A stretch of 64,000 nt of DNA, taken from positions 76,037 through 140,036 of the forward strand of contig CAZHRT010000001.1 of assembly GCA_964534665.1 (NCBI GenBank), given 5' to 3'. The position numbers and the translations under genes are program-made. Under the pieces are notes generated by a model, which saw only the letters and a program-made list of their open reading frames with translations, did not search any database and had not been told where the DNA came from. Source of the DNA: an uncultured Methanosarcinales archaeon (lineage in GTDB: Archaea; Nanobdellota; Nanobdellia; Woesearchaeales; JAHJBD01). Position 1 is the first letter of the stretch. Every line of letters starts with the position of its first letter. This document shows positions 18,768 through 27,838 of the stretch, in pieces.

Positions 18768-19538
18768 ATGAACCTAAATATTTTTAAATGTACACTACAT
18801 AAAAAAATAAAAGGGGTGAATTTATTGAAATTATTCGAGAAGAAGAAGAAAGATTTCTCAACTGAAAAACTAGACGTTCCGCCAGCTCCGCCTCCAATGT
18901 ATGAACCTATTCCTGCTCCAAATGAGCTTCCAGTTGAACCAGCACCATTACCAGAATTACCTAAATTTGAAATGCCAGAAGCACCTAATTTATCACAATC
19001 ACTTAATCCTCCAAATATTCCTGAAAAAAAGAAGTTTAGTTTTTTCAAGAAAAAAGCACCAGCTTTACAACAACCATTGCCACATAATTTACCAGAACAA
19101 ACATTACCACCAATCGAAGAACTAAATGCTCCTAAAATACAACAACCAATATTACCACAAATTAACACACCAACTTTTCCAGAAATGCCTGAAGCACCAG
19201 CTATCGAACCAATTTTTCCTGAAATTCCTCAAGCTCCTATTGAACCAGCTTTACCACAAATGCCACAAGAACCTATTGTACAACAACCAGTTCCTCAAGC
19301 ACCAATTGCTCCTAAGATAGAATCAAAAGAAAAATACCTTGGAATTGAAAGTTTTAGAAGAATAATGGACAATGTAAAAGGAATAAAAAATACAGTTAAA
19401 TTAGTTGTTGGTATGCCTGTTGAAGTAGAACAAGAAGAAAAACAACTTAACAAAAATTTCGAATCATGGAAAGCTAGTATGAAAGACATACAAAAACAGC
19501 TTTCTTTCATTGATAAAATATTATTTGAAGGTGATTAA
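18768..19538 (+). CDS. Proline-rich protein with C-terminal coiled-coil domain homologous to the next two genes
   Basis: PEAP/PQAP-type repeats (EMPEAPNLS...PEMPEAPAIEPIFPEIPQAPIEPALPQMPQEP). C-terminus ...FESWKASMKDIQKQLSFIDKILFEGD aligns with ...IDWKTTIDEIEQRLEGIDNILFEPEA of 19539..19760. Likely true start TTG 18825 after GGGGTG RBS. Confidence 0.55.
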   Translation: MNLNIFKCTLHKKIKGVNLLKLFEKKKKDFSTEKLDVPPAPPPMYEPIPAPNELPVEPAPLPELPKFEMPEAPNLSQSLNPPNIPEKKKFSFFKKKAPALQQPLPHNLPEQTLPPIEELNAPKIQQPILPQINTPTFPEMPEAPAIEPIFPEIPQAPIEPALPQMPQEPIVQQPVPQAPIAPKIESKEKYLGIESFRRIMDNVKGIKNTVKLVVGMPVEVEQEEKQLNKNFESWKASMKDIQKQLSFIDKILFEGD

Positions 19539-19760
19539 ATGGAAGCTCCAGTATTTGTAAAAATTGATGAATATAAAGACGTGCTAGACACAATACAACT
19601 AGCTAAAGAAAAACTAGAAGATGCTAAGTCAACATTACAACAAATTGAAAGCATCAAACAAAAAGAAGACAACGAACTTATCGATTGGAAAACAACAATT
19701 GATGAAATTGAACAGCGGCTTGAAGGTATTGACAACATCTTATTTGAACCAGAAGCATAA
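19539..19760 (+). CDS. Small coiled-coil protein (73 aa), paralog family member
   Basis: VFVKIDEYKDVLDTIQLAKEKLEDAKSTL...IDNILFE. Immediately follows previous stop. Confidence 0.55.
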   Translation: MEAPVFVKIDEYKDVLDTIQLAKEKLEDAKSTLQQIESIKQKEDNELIDWKTTIDEIEQRLEGIDNILFEPEA

Positions 19761-19766
19761 ATAAAT

Positions 19767-20147
19767 ATGGCACAAACAAAAAAAGAATCATTATTTGTAA
19801 AGGTACCAGAACCTAAGAGTCTAAGAATTAATATTCTAGAAAGCTCTAAAGATATACTAGGTGCTCTAACAAAATATGAAGTTTATAAAAAAACTCGTGA
19901 AGAAAAAAAAGTATTGTTAGAAAAAGTAAGACATACATTAAAAGAAGTCTCAAAAACAATCACAGTATTAAGAAACTCATTACCTAAAATTAATATTAAA
20001 GAAGTTAAACCAATCAAACAAAAATTGCCAGCTATAAAACCTCAAGCACAAGCACCAATGGTAATTAAACCAAGAAAAAAATCAGAACTAGAAAGACTAG
20101 AATCTGAACTTGCTGCAATTGAAAGCAAAATCAATTCAATTGCTTAA
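19767..20147 (+). CDS. Coiled-coil protein (126 aa), third paralog with K/P-rich C-terminal extension
   Basis: LFVKVPEPKSLRINILESSKDILGALTKYEVYKK... shares the FVK[IV].E...I pattern. C-terminal KPIKQKLPAIKPQAQAPMVIKPRKK. Confidence 0.55.
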   Translation: MAQTKKESLFVKVPEPKSLRINILESSKDILGALTKYEVYKKTREEKKVLLEKVRHTLKEVSKTITVLRNSLPKINIKEVKPIKQKLPAIKPQAQAPMVIKPRKKSELERLESELAAIESKINSIA

Positions 20148-20213
20148 TTCTTTTGATTAAATTTAAATAATATGGTTTAATTCTATTTCTTATCCTATTG
20201 GCCATATTACAAT

Positions 20214-20352
20214 GCGGGGATGCCGGAGTGGCCAATCGGGGTAGACTCAAGGCAATTGAGTGCTGAGTGTTGCTTAGCAATGCGATGAAGAAACTATTTG
20301 TAAGTCATCTACTGGCTTAGTGCCTACGTGGGTTCGAATCCTACTCTCCGCA
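20214..20352 (+). tRNA. tRNA-Leu (anticodon CAA) with ~52-nt intron
   Basis: GCGGGGA TG CCG GAGTGGCCAAT CGG G GTAGA CTCAAG[intron GCAATTG...AAGTC]A TCTAC, class II variable arm TGGCTTAGTGCCTA, GTGGG TTCGAAT CCTAC, TCTCCGC A. Confidence 0.75.
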
Positions 20353-20453
20353 TTTTTTATTTTTCTCGGACTATTGTAATGTTGCACAATTCACCACTTA
20401 GGAGTAATAAATAACCCAAAGATTTATATACTAGTTATTCTTAATTTAAACAT

Positions 20454-20819
20454 ATGACTGAATATAAACCATTAAACCATGATACAATTGCAGAAGCAGT
20501 TAACGTTTACTATACTGCAGCTTTTGATTTGGATATTAATGAATCGCGAAGAAATCAAGATACTAGGGAGATTATCGCTAGCCTTGCAAAATCTCATGAA
20601 GCTGAACCGCGTTGTGGAATTCAAGAAGATCCACAAACAAAAATGACTTGGACCAAGGGACGTTCTTCAAACTTTCCAGGTGCAGATTATAGCATACAAG
20701 TTTGGAGCCCAACATATTATACACCGGGAACTAATGAAAAGTTAAAAGAAAGGATTGAACAAAGAATATGTAAAGTAGTAGAAAAATTAACTGAAGCTAA
20801 CTTTCCTGCCACTTCTTAA
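20454..20819 (+). CDS. Hypothetical protein (121 aa), atypical composition, directly downstream of tRNA-Leu
   Basis: MTEYKPLNHDTIAEAVNVYYTAAFDL... lower Lys/Ile content and locally higher GC than neighbours. Confidence 0.45.
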   Translation: MTEYKPLNHDTIAEAVNVYYTAAFDLDINESRRNQDTREIIASLAKSHEAEPRCGIQEDPQTKMTWTKGRSSNFPGADYSIQVWSPTYYTPGTNEKLKERIEQRICKVVEKLTEANFPATS

Positions 20820-20918
20820 AATAATTAATAAAGACAATAACATTTTTAAATCTCAAACTTTGTTTGAGTATTATAAAAACACAGTTTTTATATACATTCT
20901 TCACAATTTCTAATTAAA

Positions 20919-22244
20919 ATGATACAAATAACAGCAATCGGCGGTTACAATGAAGTTGGCAAGAATATGACTGCTGTAAAAATAGATGATGAAATAATTG
21001 TACTAGATATGGGCCTACACCTAGAATCCTATATTAAATTCAGTGATGAAGGTGGCGAAGACCTAATTAAAGTTTCAAGAAAACAACTTAGAACTATTGG
21101 AGCAATACCAGATGATACTGTTCTTAAAGATAAAAACAAAGTTAAAGCAATAATTCCAACTCACGCACATTTAGACCATGTTGGCGCCCTAATATTTATG
21201 GCTAAGAAATACAAAGCACCGATTATATGTACACCTTTTACTCATGAAGTTGTAAGACAAATCTCAGATGATGAAAAAATAAAAATCAATAACCAGTTTA
21301 AAATTCTAAATGTAAATTCCAAAATAAAACTCTCAAATAACATCACTATAGAATTCATCAACATGACCCACTCTACTCCACAAACAGTCATGGTAGCTAT
21401 CCATACAAAATATGGAATAATTATCTATGCAAATGATTTCAAATTTGACAATAATCCAATAATTGGTAAAAAACCTAATTACAAAAGATTAGAAGAACTC
21501 GGTGAAATTGGTGTTAAAGCACTAATATGCGATTCTACAAGGGCAAGAAGGATGGGAAAAACACCCTCAGAATTAATTGCAAGAGAAATGTTAAGAGATG
21601 TTATGTTGGGTGTAAATTCTGAAGGTAAATCAGTTATTGTAACAACTTTCTCATCACATATTGCAAGGCTCAAATCAATTGTAGAATTTGGCAAAAAAAT
21701 GAAACGGGAAGTTATCTTTCTTGGAAGATCATTAGCAAAATATTCAGAAGCTGCTGAAAACGTAGGAATTATTAATTTTTCAAAAGAAGTAGAAATTGTA
21801 AAATATGGTAATAAAATAAGAAAAAAACTAAAACAAATCAGTAAACAGCCTGACAAATATTTACTTGTCGTAACTGGACACCAAGGTGAACCTAAAGCTG
21901 CTTTATCAAAGATGGCAAAAAACCAAATGGATTTCAAATTTAAACCTGAAGATCACGTAATATTTTCATGTACAGTTATTCCATCAAAAACAAACTTGGA
22001 TAACAGAAAATTATTAGAAAAAGAACTTGAAAACAAAGGGATTAGAATATTCAAAGACATCCACGCATCAGGCCATGCTAGTAGAGAAGATCTAAGAGAC
22101 CTATTAAACCTTGTAAAACCAGAACATATCATCCCAGCTCATGGAGATGATAGCATGAAAGAAGCCTTAATCTCACTAGCAAAAGAAAAAGGAAATAGAA
22201 AAATCCACAAACTCCATAATGGAGACACAATAACTATAGAATAA
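20919..22244 (+). CDS. rnj: Beta-CASP ribonuclease (archaeal RNase J)
   Basis: Metallo-beta-lactamase motifs IPTHAHLDHVGAL, beta-CASP region, C-terminal HASGHAS. Confidence 0.85.
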   Translation: MIQITAIGGYNEVGKNMTAVKIDDEIIVLDMGLHLESYIKFSDEGGEDLIKVSRKQLRTIGAIPDDTVLKDKNKVKAIIPTHAHLDHVGALIFMAKKYKAPIICTPFTHEVVRQISDDEKIKINNQFKILNVNSKIKLSNNITIEFINMTHSTPQTVMVAIHTKYGIIIYANDFKFDNNPIIGKKPNYKRLEELGEIGVKALICDSTRARRMGKTPSELIAREMLRDVMLGVNSEGKSVIVTTFSSHIARLKSIVEFGKKMKREVIFLGRSLAKYSEAAENVGIINFSKEVEIVKYGNKIRKKLKQISKQPDKYLLVVTGHQGEPKAALSKMAKNQMDFKFKPEDHVIFSCTVIPSKTNLDNRKLLEKELENKGIRIFKDIHASGHASREDLRDLLNLVKPEHIIPAHGDDSMKEALISLAKEKGNRKIHKLHNGDTITIE

Positions 22245-22284
22245 TAAATTATTTAAATAGACTAATCATACCTATTTTGGGGGG

Positions 22285-23037
22285 ATGTACATGAAACTTA
22301 CTTTGGCAGAGCCAACTTATCTAAAAGAAAGCATATCAATCATTTCTGAATTAGTAAACGAAGCAAGATTTAAAGTTAGTAAAGAAGCAATTGAACTAGT
22401 TGCAATGGACCCAGCCAATGTGGCCATGGTTATATTTAAACTATTAAGCAGCTGCTTTACAGAATACAATGTTGAAGAAACAACAGAATTAGCAATAAAC
22501 CTTAACAATCTAAAACAGATATTAAGAAGAGCTAGTTCAAACGACATGGTTACTCTAGAACTTAGTGGAGACAACCAACTAAAAATTCAATTGAAAGGTA
22601 ACACAACTAGAACATTTAATCTACCTATAATTGAACTTGAAGATAAAGAACAAAAAATACCTGATTTATCTTTTCCAACAACAATTATGCTTGCATCAAC
22701 AATATTAAACAGCGCTATAGAAGATGCAGACATTGTTGGTGAATCTGTTTCTTTTGAGTCAGAACCTAAAAAGTTTACAATAAAAGCAGAAGGTGAATTA
22801 TCAGCTGCTAAGATAGAAATTGATGAAAGTGAAGATGTCAAAATCAGTGTTGAAGGAGATTCTAAGATAAAATCAAAATACAGTATTGAATATCTTAAAA
22901 AAATGATGAACGGCTCAAAATTATCTGAAAACGTTTCAATCTACTTTAACAAAGACTACCCATTAAAACTAGAATATAAAGCAATAGACAAAGTTATGTT
23001 AAGTTTTATTTTAGCACCAAGGGTAGAAAACGACTAG
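22285..23037 (+). CDS. pcn: DNA polymerase sliding clamp PCNA
   Basis: LKESISIISELVNEARFKVSKEAIELVAMDPANVAMV...NLNNLKQILRR matches archaeal PCNA N-terminus. 250 aa. Confidence 0.85.
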   Translation: MYMKLTLAEPTYLKESISIISELVNEARFKVSKEAIELVAMDPANVAMVIFKLLSSCFTEYNVEETTELAINLNNLKQILRRASSNDMVTLELSGDNQLKIQLKGNTTRTFNLPIIELEDKEQKIPDLSFPTTIMLASTILNSAIEDADIVGESVSFESEPKKFTIKAEGELSAAKIEIDESEDVKISVEGDSKIKSKYSIEYLKKMMNGSKLSENVSIYFNKDYPLKLEYKAIDKVMLSFILAPRVEND

Positions 23038-24407
23038 ATGGCTGTAAATTTTTCTAATTTTTTCTTTGTTTCTTCTAAATCTTTAGGCATCTTATCAGCA
23101 TAATACAAAGCTAATTGGGCAGCATCCTTATTATTAATTTTCCCTTCATTAACAAACCCCTTATTTTTTGCATAACTCAATATTCTATCAGACATAGACT
23201 TTTTATTATCAATCATATCATAAACTGGCCTTATAATTGGGGCGTATCTTTTAGGTGTAACAGACCTAGCAAAGTTAAAAAAACGTTTAACATAATTATA
23301 CATCTCTTTCTTAGAATAACCATCATAAGCACCCCAATATTGAAGTTTGTTTCTTACATAAGAATGTGGTGGTATGTATAAAACATCATTTTCAAGTTTA
23401 AACGCATCTTCTATTCCAAAATCAACAGGCATTACTTCAATAAATTCTCGTTGAATTTTTTTCAAACAAAATTTAAGAAGTACACCAACACCAATAAGAA
23501 TTGAAACAAAATTAACATCCATACCCCTTTGCTCTAACGTACCATGTTTATTAATTTTAATTGGATTCCACCCAATATCTAAATTATAAGGATATAGTTT
23601 AGAGAAATTAACATTAGGTGCTACTTTTTTTACTTCCCTTTTCCATCTATCCCATCTTTTATTTAAACTAGTAAGAATATCTGTTGCTGTTTGTTTATAT
23701 GGGGGTAAGCCACCAAGCTGTTGTAAATTCGCATACACCCCATCCATATACTTTAATTTCTTACCACCACGATAAACTAACATCCTTGTATCTTTTGCAA
23801 AATTTCTACCTTGATAAAATGGTGAAGATTGTGTGAATAATGTTAAAGCCGGGTCTGCCGCAATCTCAAAATTATAAGAAGAAACCATTGTTCGCTTTAA
23901 TTTGCTTTTTTTGTAAAACCTTAATTCTTTCTTTTTCTCATCAAAAACACTTTTAGGTAAAGTATAATGATTATGATACCCAGTAACCCTACAAGTTGTT
24001 TTTGTTTTTTCATCACCAAATATCTTTTGTTTTATCCTATATGTTTGACCATCTTGAATAATGGGATCAAACTTACCTGGATAAGTAGAAAAAGGAAACA
24101 AAGTTAATCCTTTTGATTCACAAATTTCTTGCGCTTTTTGAATGGAATCTATAATATTTAATGCAGGATTATAAGTTTTAATATCAGGATAACATCCAAA
24201 TTCAATCATATTCAAACCTATTTCTTTAGTAACAGGAATATCTGGATACTTTAATTTAAGTTCTGAAATAACTTCTAAAGCCTTATTAGACATTGTACCA
24301 TTAGAATTCAAAATATGAAACTCTGCTTCCTGTCCAGTTTTAGAACGTTTAAGCACTTTTTTCTTATCGCTAAACGATTTATTCACTAATTTCATCTTCA
24401 ATATCAA
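23034..24407 (-). CDS. Carboxylate-amine ligase, glutamate-cysteine ligase family 2 (GCS2/YbdK-like)
   Basis: QEAEFHILNSNG (compare GIELEMQVVN of YbdK), CRVTGYHNHYTL (compare FGQHVHVGC), SSPFYQGRNFAKDTRMLVYRG (compare [20 protein letters not shown]). Confidence 0.75.
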   Translation of the reverse strand: MILKMKLVNKSFSDKKKVLKRSKTGQEAEFHILNSNGTMSNKALEVISELKLKYPDIPVTKEIGLNMIEFGCYPDIKTYNPALNIIDSIQKAQEICESKGLTLFPFSTYPGKFDPIIQDGQTYRIKQKIFGDEKTKTTCRVTGYHNHYTLPKSVFDEKKKELRFYKKSKLKRTMVSSYNFEIAADPALTLFTQSSPFYQGRNFAKDTRMLVYRGGKKLKYMDGVYANLQQLGGLPPYKQTATDILTSLNKRWDRWKREVKKVAPNVNFSKLYPYNLDIGWNPIKINKHGTLEQRGMDVNFVSILIGVGVLLKFCLKKIQREFIEVMPVDFGIEDAFKLENDVLYIPPHSYVRNKLQYWGAYDGYSKKEMYNYVKRFFNFARSVTPKRYAPIIRPVYDMIDNKKSMSDRILSYAKNKGFVNEGKINNKDAAQLALYYADKMPKDLEETKKKLEKFTAI

Positions 24408-25479
24408 ATATTTGGGTTAAATCAGAAGATATCTTCTTTATAGACGTCTTTCTAGACCTTTTTGTCTTCTCAAACATATAAAGTTTCTTGTTAACTTCCA
24501 TAGAAAAAATAAATATATTTGGAAACTTTTGATTCAACCATTTAAGAATATATCCACCATGATAAGGTGTATCAAACATAACAGGAGAGTAACCCATAGA
24601 AACCATCTTAGTCTTCATACCCTTTACAATTGGTTTATAGAACTTAGGAATATACCTAGTTCCAAAACTAATGTTAGGTCGTCCTTTAAGATTTTTCATA
24701 GAATGCCCATCAAAAATAATATTAAAATTATAAGAATCAATTAATTTGGATAATGTAAAATAAAATTCTCTATAGCTCTTATACACATCTTCAGATTCAT
24801 GTTTTGTCAAATTTTCTTTCCAAACTATATCTAACCACTCCTCAGAATTATCAGCATATATTGCTCTATCTAACCCACGATTAAAATCAATAACAAACCT
24901 TGATTGTTTACTATCAATCCATATTCCACTTTTTTCTAACACAATTTTACTATAAATCTTATGAGTGTCAAGATCTTCTTCACCATGCCTTTTATTATCA
25001 GGTATACTAAGCTTTTTCTCAATAGATTTAGGAACCCATGTTCCTGAATGAACTGTTAACAATAAGGTATTAAACGAATTCTTTTTGTAATTATCATAAA
25101 TAATAACGCCCCTTTTTGTAATAGTCATCTTAATATCCTTATAATCAGGATAAAGAAACTCAAGATCTTCTTTAACAATAGAATACAACTTTCTATCTAC
25201 AAAGAAATTTTTAAAATACATTTTATTTCTATCACGATAGAATTCATATAATGTTCCTTGTAAAAATTTACCCAAAACCTTATAGCTCTTAAGCAACGCA
25301 ACAAAATTTAAGTAAGGATCTTCTTCAATAAGATTAACAATCCTATTCATCATCCTAAACAAAAAAAATCTTTTAGATAAACCTACAGTAATTGAAGAAT
25401 TTCCTGGCCTAATCAATATAGGACTTATATTCTCAATAACCTCTCTAATTTTATCCATTTTTCTTAAATATATTAGCAA
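24379..25479 (-). CDS. N-formylglutamate amidohydrolase (FGase)-family zinc hydrolase with about 100-aa N-terminal extension
   Basis: LTVHSGTWVP (compare cEHgg..vP) and IIFDGHSMKNLKGRPNISFGT (compare vDlHSM...dislGt). 29-nt overlap with GCS2 gene. Confidence 0.6.
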   Translation of the reverse strand: MLIYLRKMDKIREVIENISPILIRPGNSSITVGLSKRFFLFRMMNRIVNLIEEDPYLNFVALLKSYKVLGKFLQGTLYEFYRDRNKMYFKNFFVDRKLYSIVKEDLEFLYPDYKDIKMTITKRGVIIYDNYKKNSFNTLLLTVHSGTWVPKSIEKKLSIPDNKRHGEEDLDTHKIYSKIVLEKSGIWIDSKQSRFVIDFNRGLDRAIYADNSEEWLDIVWKENLTKHESEDVYKSYREFYFTLSKLIDSYNFNIIFDGHSMKNLKGRPNISFGTRYIPKFYKPIVKGMKTKMVSMGYSPVMFDTPYHGGYILKWLNQKFPNIFIFSMEVNKKLYMFEKTKRSRKTSIKKISSDLTQIFDIEDEISE

Positions 25480-27232
25480 AAAAACTTAGAATTTTCTTAA
25501 AAAACCCTTGCTTTTCTTGATTATCATCTAATTCAACATTATCTTCTATAACTTCTTCAGTTTCTAATTCTTCTGGTTTAGAATCATCAATATCACCAAC
25601 ATCTTCACCACCAATAGTAAGCGTCTTAACATCTTGAATCTTATATTCATCCCCTTCAAACTCAAAATTAACTAGTGTCTTTAACTCAAACTCATTCCCA
25701 TTATAATCTTCAGGAATAGTTATTGTGTAAGAATATGCTTTTTCTTCTCCAGCAGTATTAAGTGATAACTCAGCAATAAATTCCCCTTCCATCCCATGCC
25801 TTATTTCTGGAGGAATAACTTCAATAACATCAGTATCCACTTGTAAAGATTTAAGATTATTAACAAACACATCTACAGAAAGTTTACTTCCTTTTGATAC
25901 AACACCACTAACTTCTTTTCTAACTTCAAGAACTTTAGGAATAGGAATAACATTAATGGTTTTAACAGCATCAAAATTATACTCAATCTCACCATATATG
26001 TAAGACCCAAACACTTTAACTTCTAATTCCGTTTCAACATCCACTTGAACTGCAACAATGTTCTTAACAACATTATGATTGCTTCCAGGCTTTAATGACT
26101 TACCTTTAGTAATCTCAGACTCATAATTATCACTAACAATCGAAGAATCTATACCAGATATATGTTTATTACCCTTATTTTCTAATTCAATTTCAACATC
26201 AAATGAGTCCCCGCCTTTAATTTTCTCAGGCATTGTAATCTTCGCCCAAACTTCAGATATGCCCACACCAAATGATTCATAAACCTCCCCAGTAAAATCA
26301 CTTTTAAGAATTGTTAAATCAATATTAGAATTTATTTTATGCTCCCCTGCCTTTACAGATTTAATATTCACTATAAACTCTTTTATAGATTCTGAATTCA
26401 TAGTACCAGAATATACATAAGTTTTATCATCTTCTTTTGTAATATCTTGCGACCAACTAATACCTCGAACAAAACTAGGTAACTTAATCTCAAGTCGGTT
26501 AATTTTCATAACAGCAGTTTCTTTATTTTCAACAAAAACGGAATATTTAATCTCTTCACCTGGCGCAGGTGTATTAGTAGATAAGTTATTAGTTATTTCA
26601 TAAGGTACAAAAACAGAAATGGTCTCTAATTCAGATTTTTTTACTATTTTCTCACCTTCGTCCTTATAAGAAATTTCTGCTTTAGATTCAAATTCTGTTA
26701 AAATTAATGGTTTTATTACATAAGTGATTGTTTTTGTATCACCAGCAGTCAAAAAACCTTCAACAAAAATTTTATTACTTTTAGTATTACCCCTAACTAT
26801 CTTAAATTCACTTGGAAAAACATCTTCATAAACAAAATCTCTTGCTGTTGCATCACCTTCATTAGTTAATAAAACCTCTACAGTAACCTCTTCATTTATA
26901 GATGGACTAGTCTTACTAAAAGACCTTTCAATTAAAATATCCGGAGCTTTTGTTCTAACAATAACTTCAACCCCTTCGTCACTATATCCTAAAAAACAAG
27001 ATTTAATCTGACCATACATCTGACATTCATCTATTGCAAGATACCCTCCTGAATTATCTACTGTAACTAAAGCTTCTTCCCTACCAGAATCATATCTTAC
27101 ACCAATTGTAATTCCCTCAACTGTAACTTCATCTTTATTTTCAATTACCCCACTATAGAAAGTTTTTGCACTAACTGTTGATATCAACAATAAAAAAACA
27201 ATAAACAAAATCACCCTTTTCATAATAATCAT
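25451..27232 (-). CDS. Secreted protein with signal peptide and repeated CARDB/DUF11-like Ig-fold domains
   Basis: MKRVILFIVFLLLISTVSA signal. EEVTVEVLLTNEGDATARDFVYEDVF and similar beta-rich repeats. 29-nt overlap with FGase-like gene. Confidence 0.55.
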   Translation of the reverse strand: MIIMKRVILFIVFLLLISTVSAKTFYSGVIENKDEVTVEGITIGVRYDSGREEALVTVDNSGGYLAIDECQMYGQIKSCFLGYSDEGVEVIVRTKAPDILIERSFSKTSPSINEEVTVEVLLTNEGDATARDFVYEDVFPSEFKIVRGNTKSNKIFVEGFLTAGDTKTITYVIKPLILTEFESKAEISYKDEGEKIVKKSELETISVFVPYEITNNLSTNTPAPGEEIKYSVFVENKETAVMKINRLEIKLPSFVRGISWSQDITKEDDKTYVYSGTMNSESIKEFIVNIKSVKAGEHKINSNIDLTILKSDFTGEVYESFGVGISEVWAKITMPEKIKGGDSFDVEIELENKGNKHISGIDSSIVSDNYESEITKGKSLKPGSNHNVVKNIVAVQVDVETELEVKVFGSYIYGEIEYNFDAVKTINVIPIPKVLEVRKEVSGVVSKGSKLSVDVFVNNLKSLQVDTDVIEVIPPEIRHGMEGEFIAELSLNTAGEEKAYSYTITIPEDYNGNEFELKTLVNFEFEGDEYKIQDVKTLTIGGEDVGDIDDSKPEELETEEVIEDNVELDDNQEKQGFFKKILSFFANIFKKNG

Positions 27233-27268
27233 CCTGAATAAAAAAGTATATAAATATATTGATTAAAA

Positions 27269-27697
27269 ATGAGTGTATTGACAGATATAAATATTTTAAA
27301 GGAATGGGCATACAATTACATAAAAAATAAAGATGCTTTTCTAAAAAACATTATTTCAATAGATAATGCACCTACTGGACTACTTGTTAAATACAAAAAT
27401 AAAGACCAAATAATTATAACATCTGAGAAATTAGACATTAAATTATTAAAAAAGAAAAAAGAAAGTGATAATCTATTTATATTTACATACAATACTAAAA
27501 ACAATTTAGAATCATTAATTTCTATGTGGGATTCAATAATTAAATATAAGTCACTTTCAATTTGTTTTGTAAATCAAGAATCAAAACTTGAAAAAAGATG
27601 GATTATCCATCCATATACACATAATAAGATAAGTGAAAGATCAGCATTAAAACAAGGCCTAATGTCATTATTTCAAACAGTCGAAACAAAACATTAA
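27269..27697 (+). CDS. Hypothetical protein
   Basis: 142 aa, no recognised motif. Confidence 0.4.
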   Translation: MSVLTDINILKEWAYNYIKNKDAFLKNIISIDNAPTGLLVKYKNKDQIIITSEKLDIKLLKKKKESDNLFIFTYNTKNNLESLISMWDSIIKYKSLSICFVNQESKLEKRWIIHPYTHNKISERSALKQGLMSLFQTVETKH

Positions 27698-27838
27698 AAA
27701 ACCCTGTACTATCCCTTATCAAAGGCCGTACAGTATAAAGGTCTTGAAGGGAGCCCAAACTTTATAATAATGCGCTATGCGCACTTTGATTTTTAGTCTC
27801 CTGTGATCTTTATGTAAACAGGCCTAATCGTCAAGAAA

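Noticed and set aside
18761-19168. 135-aa minus-strand Gly/Cys/Phe-rich ORF
   Set aside because: Antisense of the proline-rich gene. The sense gene is supported by homology to its downstream paralogs.
18901-19320. Plus-strand ORFs (74 and 64 aa) rich in Q/H/L/Y inside the proline-rich gene
   Set aside because: Out-of-frame readings of the same proline-repeat DNA. The in-frame gene is supported by homology to its downstream paralogs.
21479-21937. 152-aa minus-strand ORF inside RNase J gene
   Set aside because: Antisense to a clear beta-CASP RNase J.
27700-27838. Possible small RNA or CRISPR-like element in the 140-bp gap (CTGTAC...GTACAG hairpin, TGCGCTATGCGCA palindrome)
   Set aside because: Only single short hairpins with no repeated spacer-repeat units and no convincing C/D boxes. 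More likely convergent terminators.
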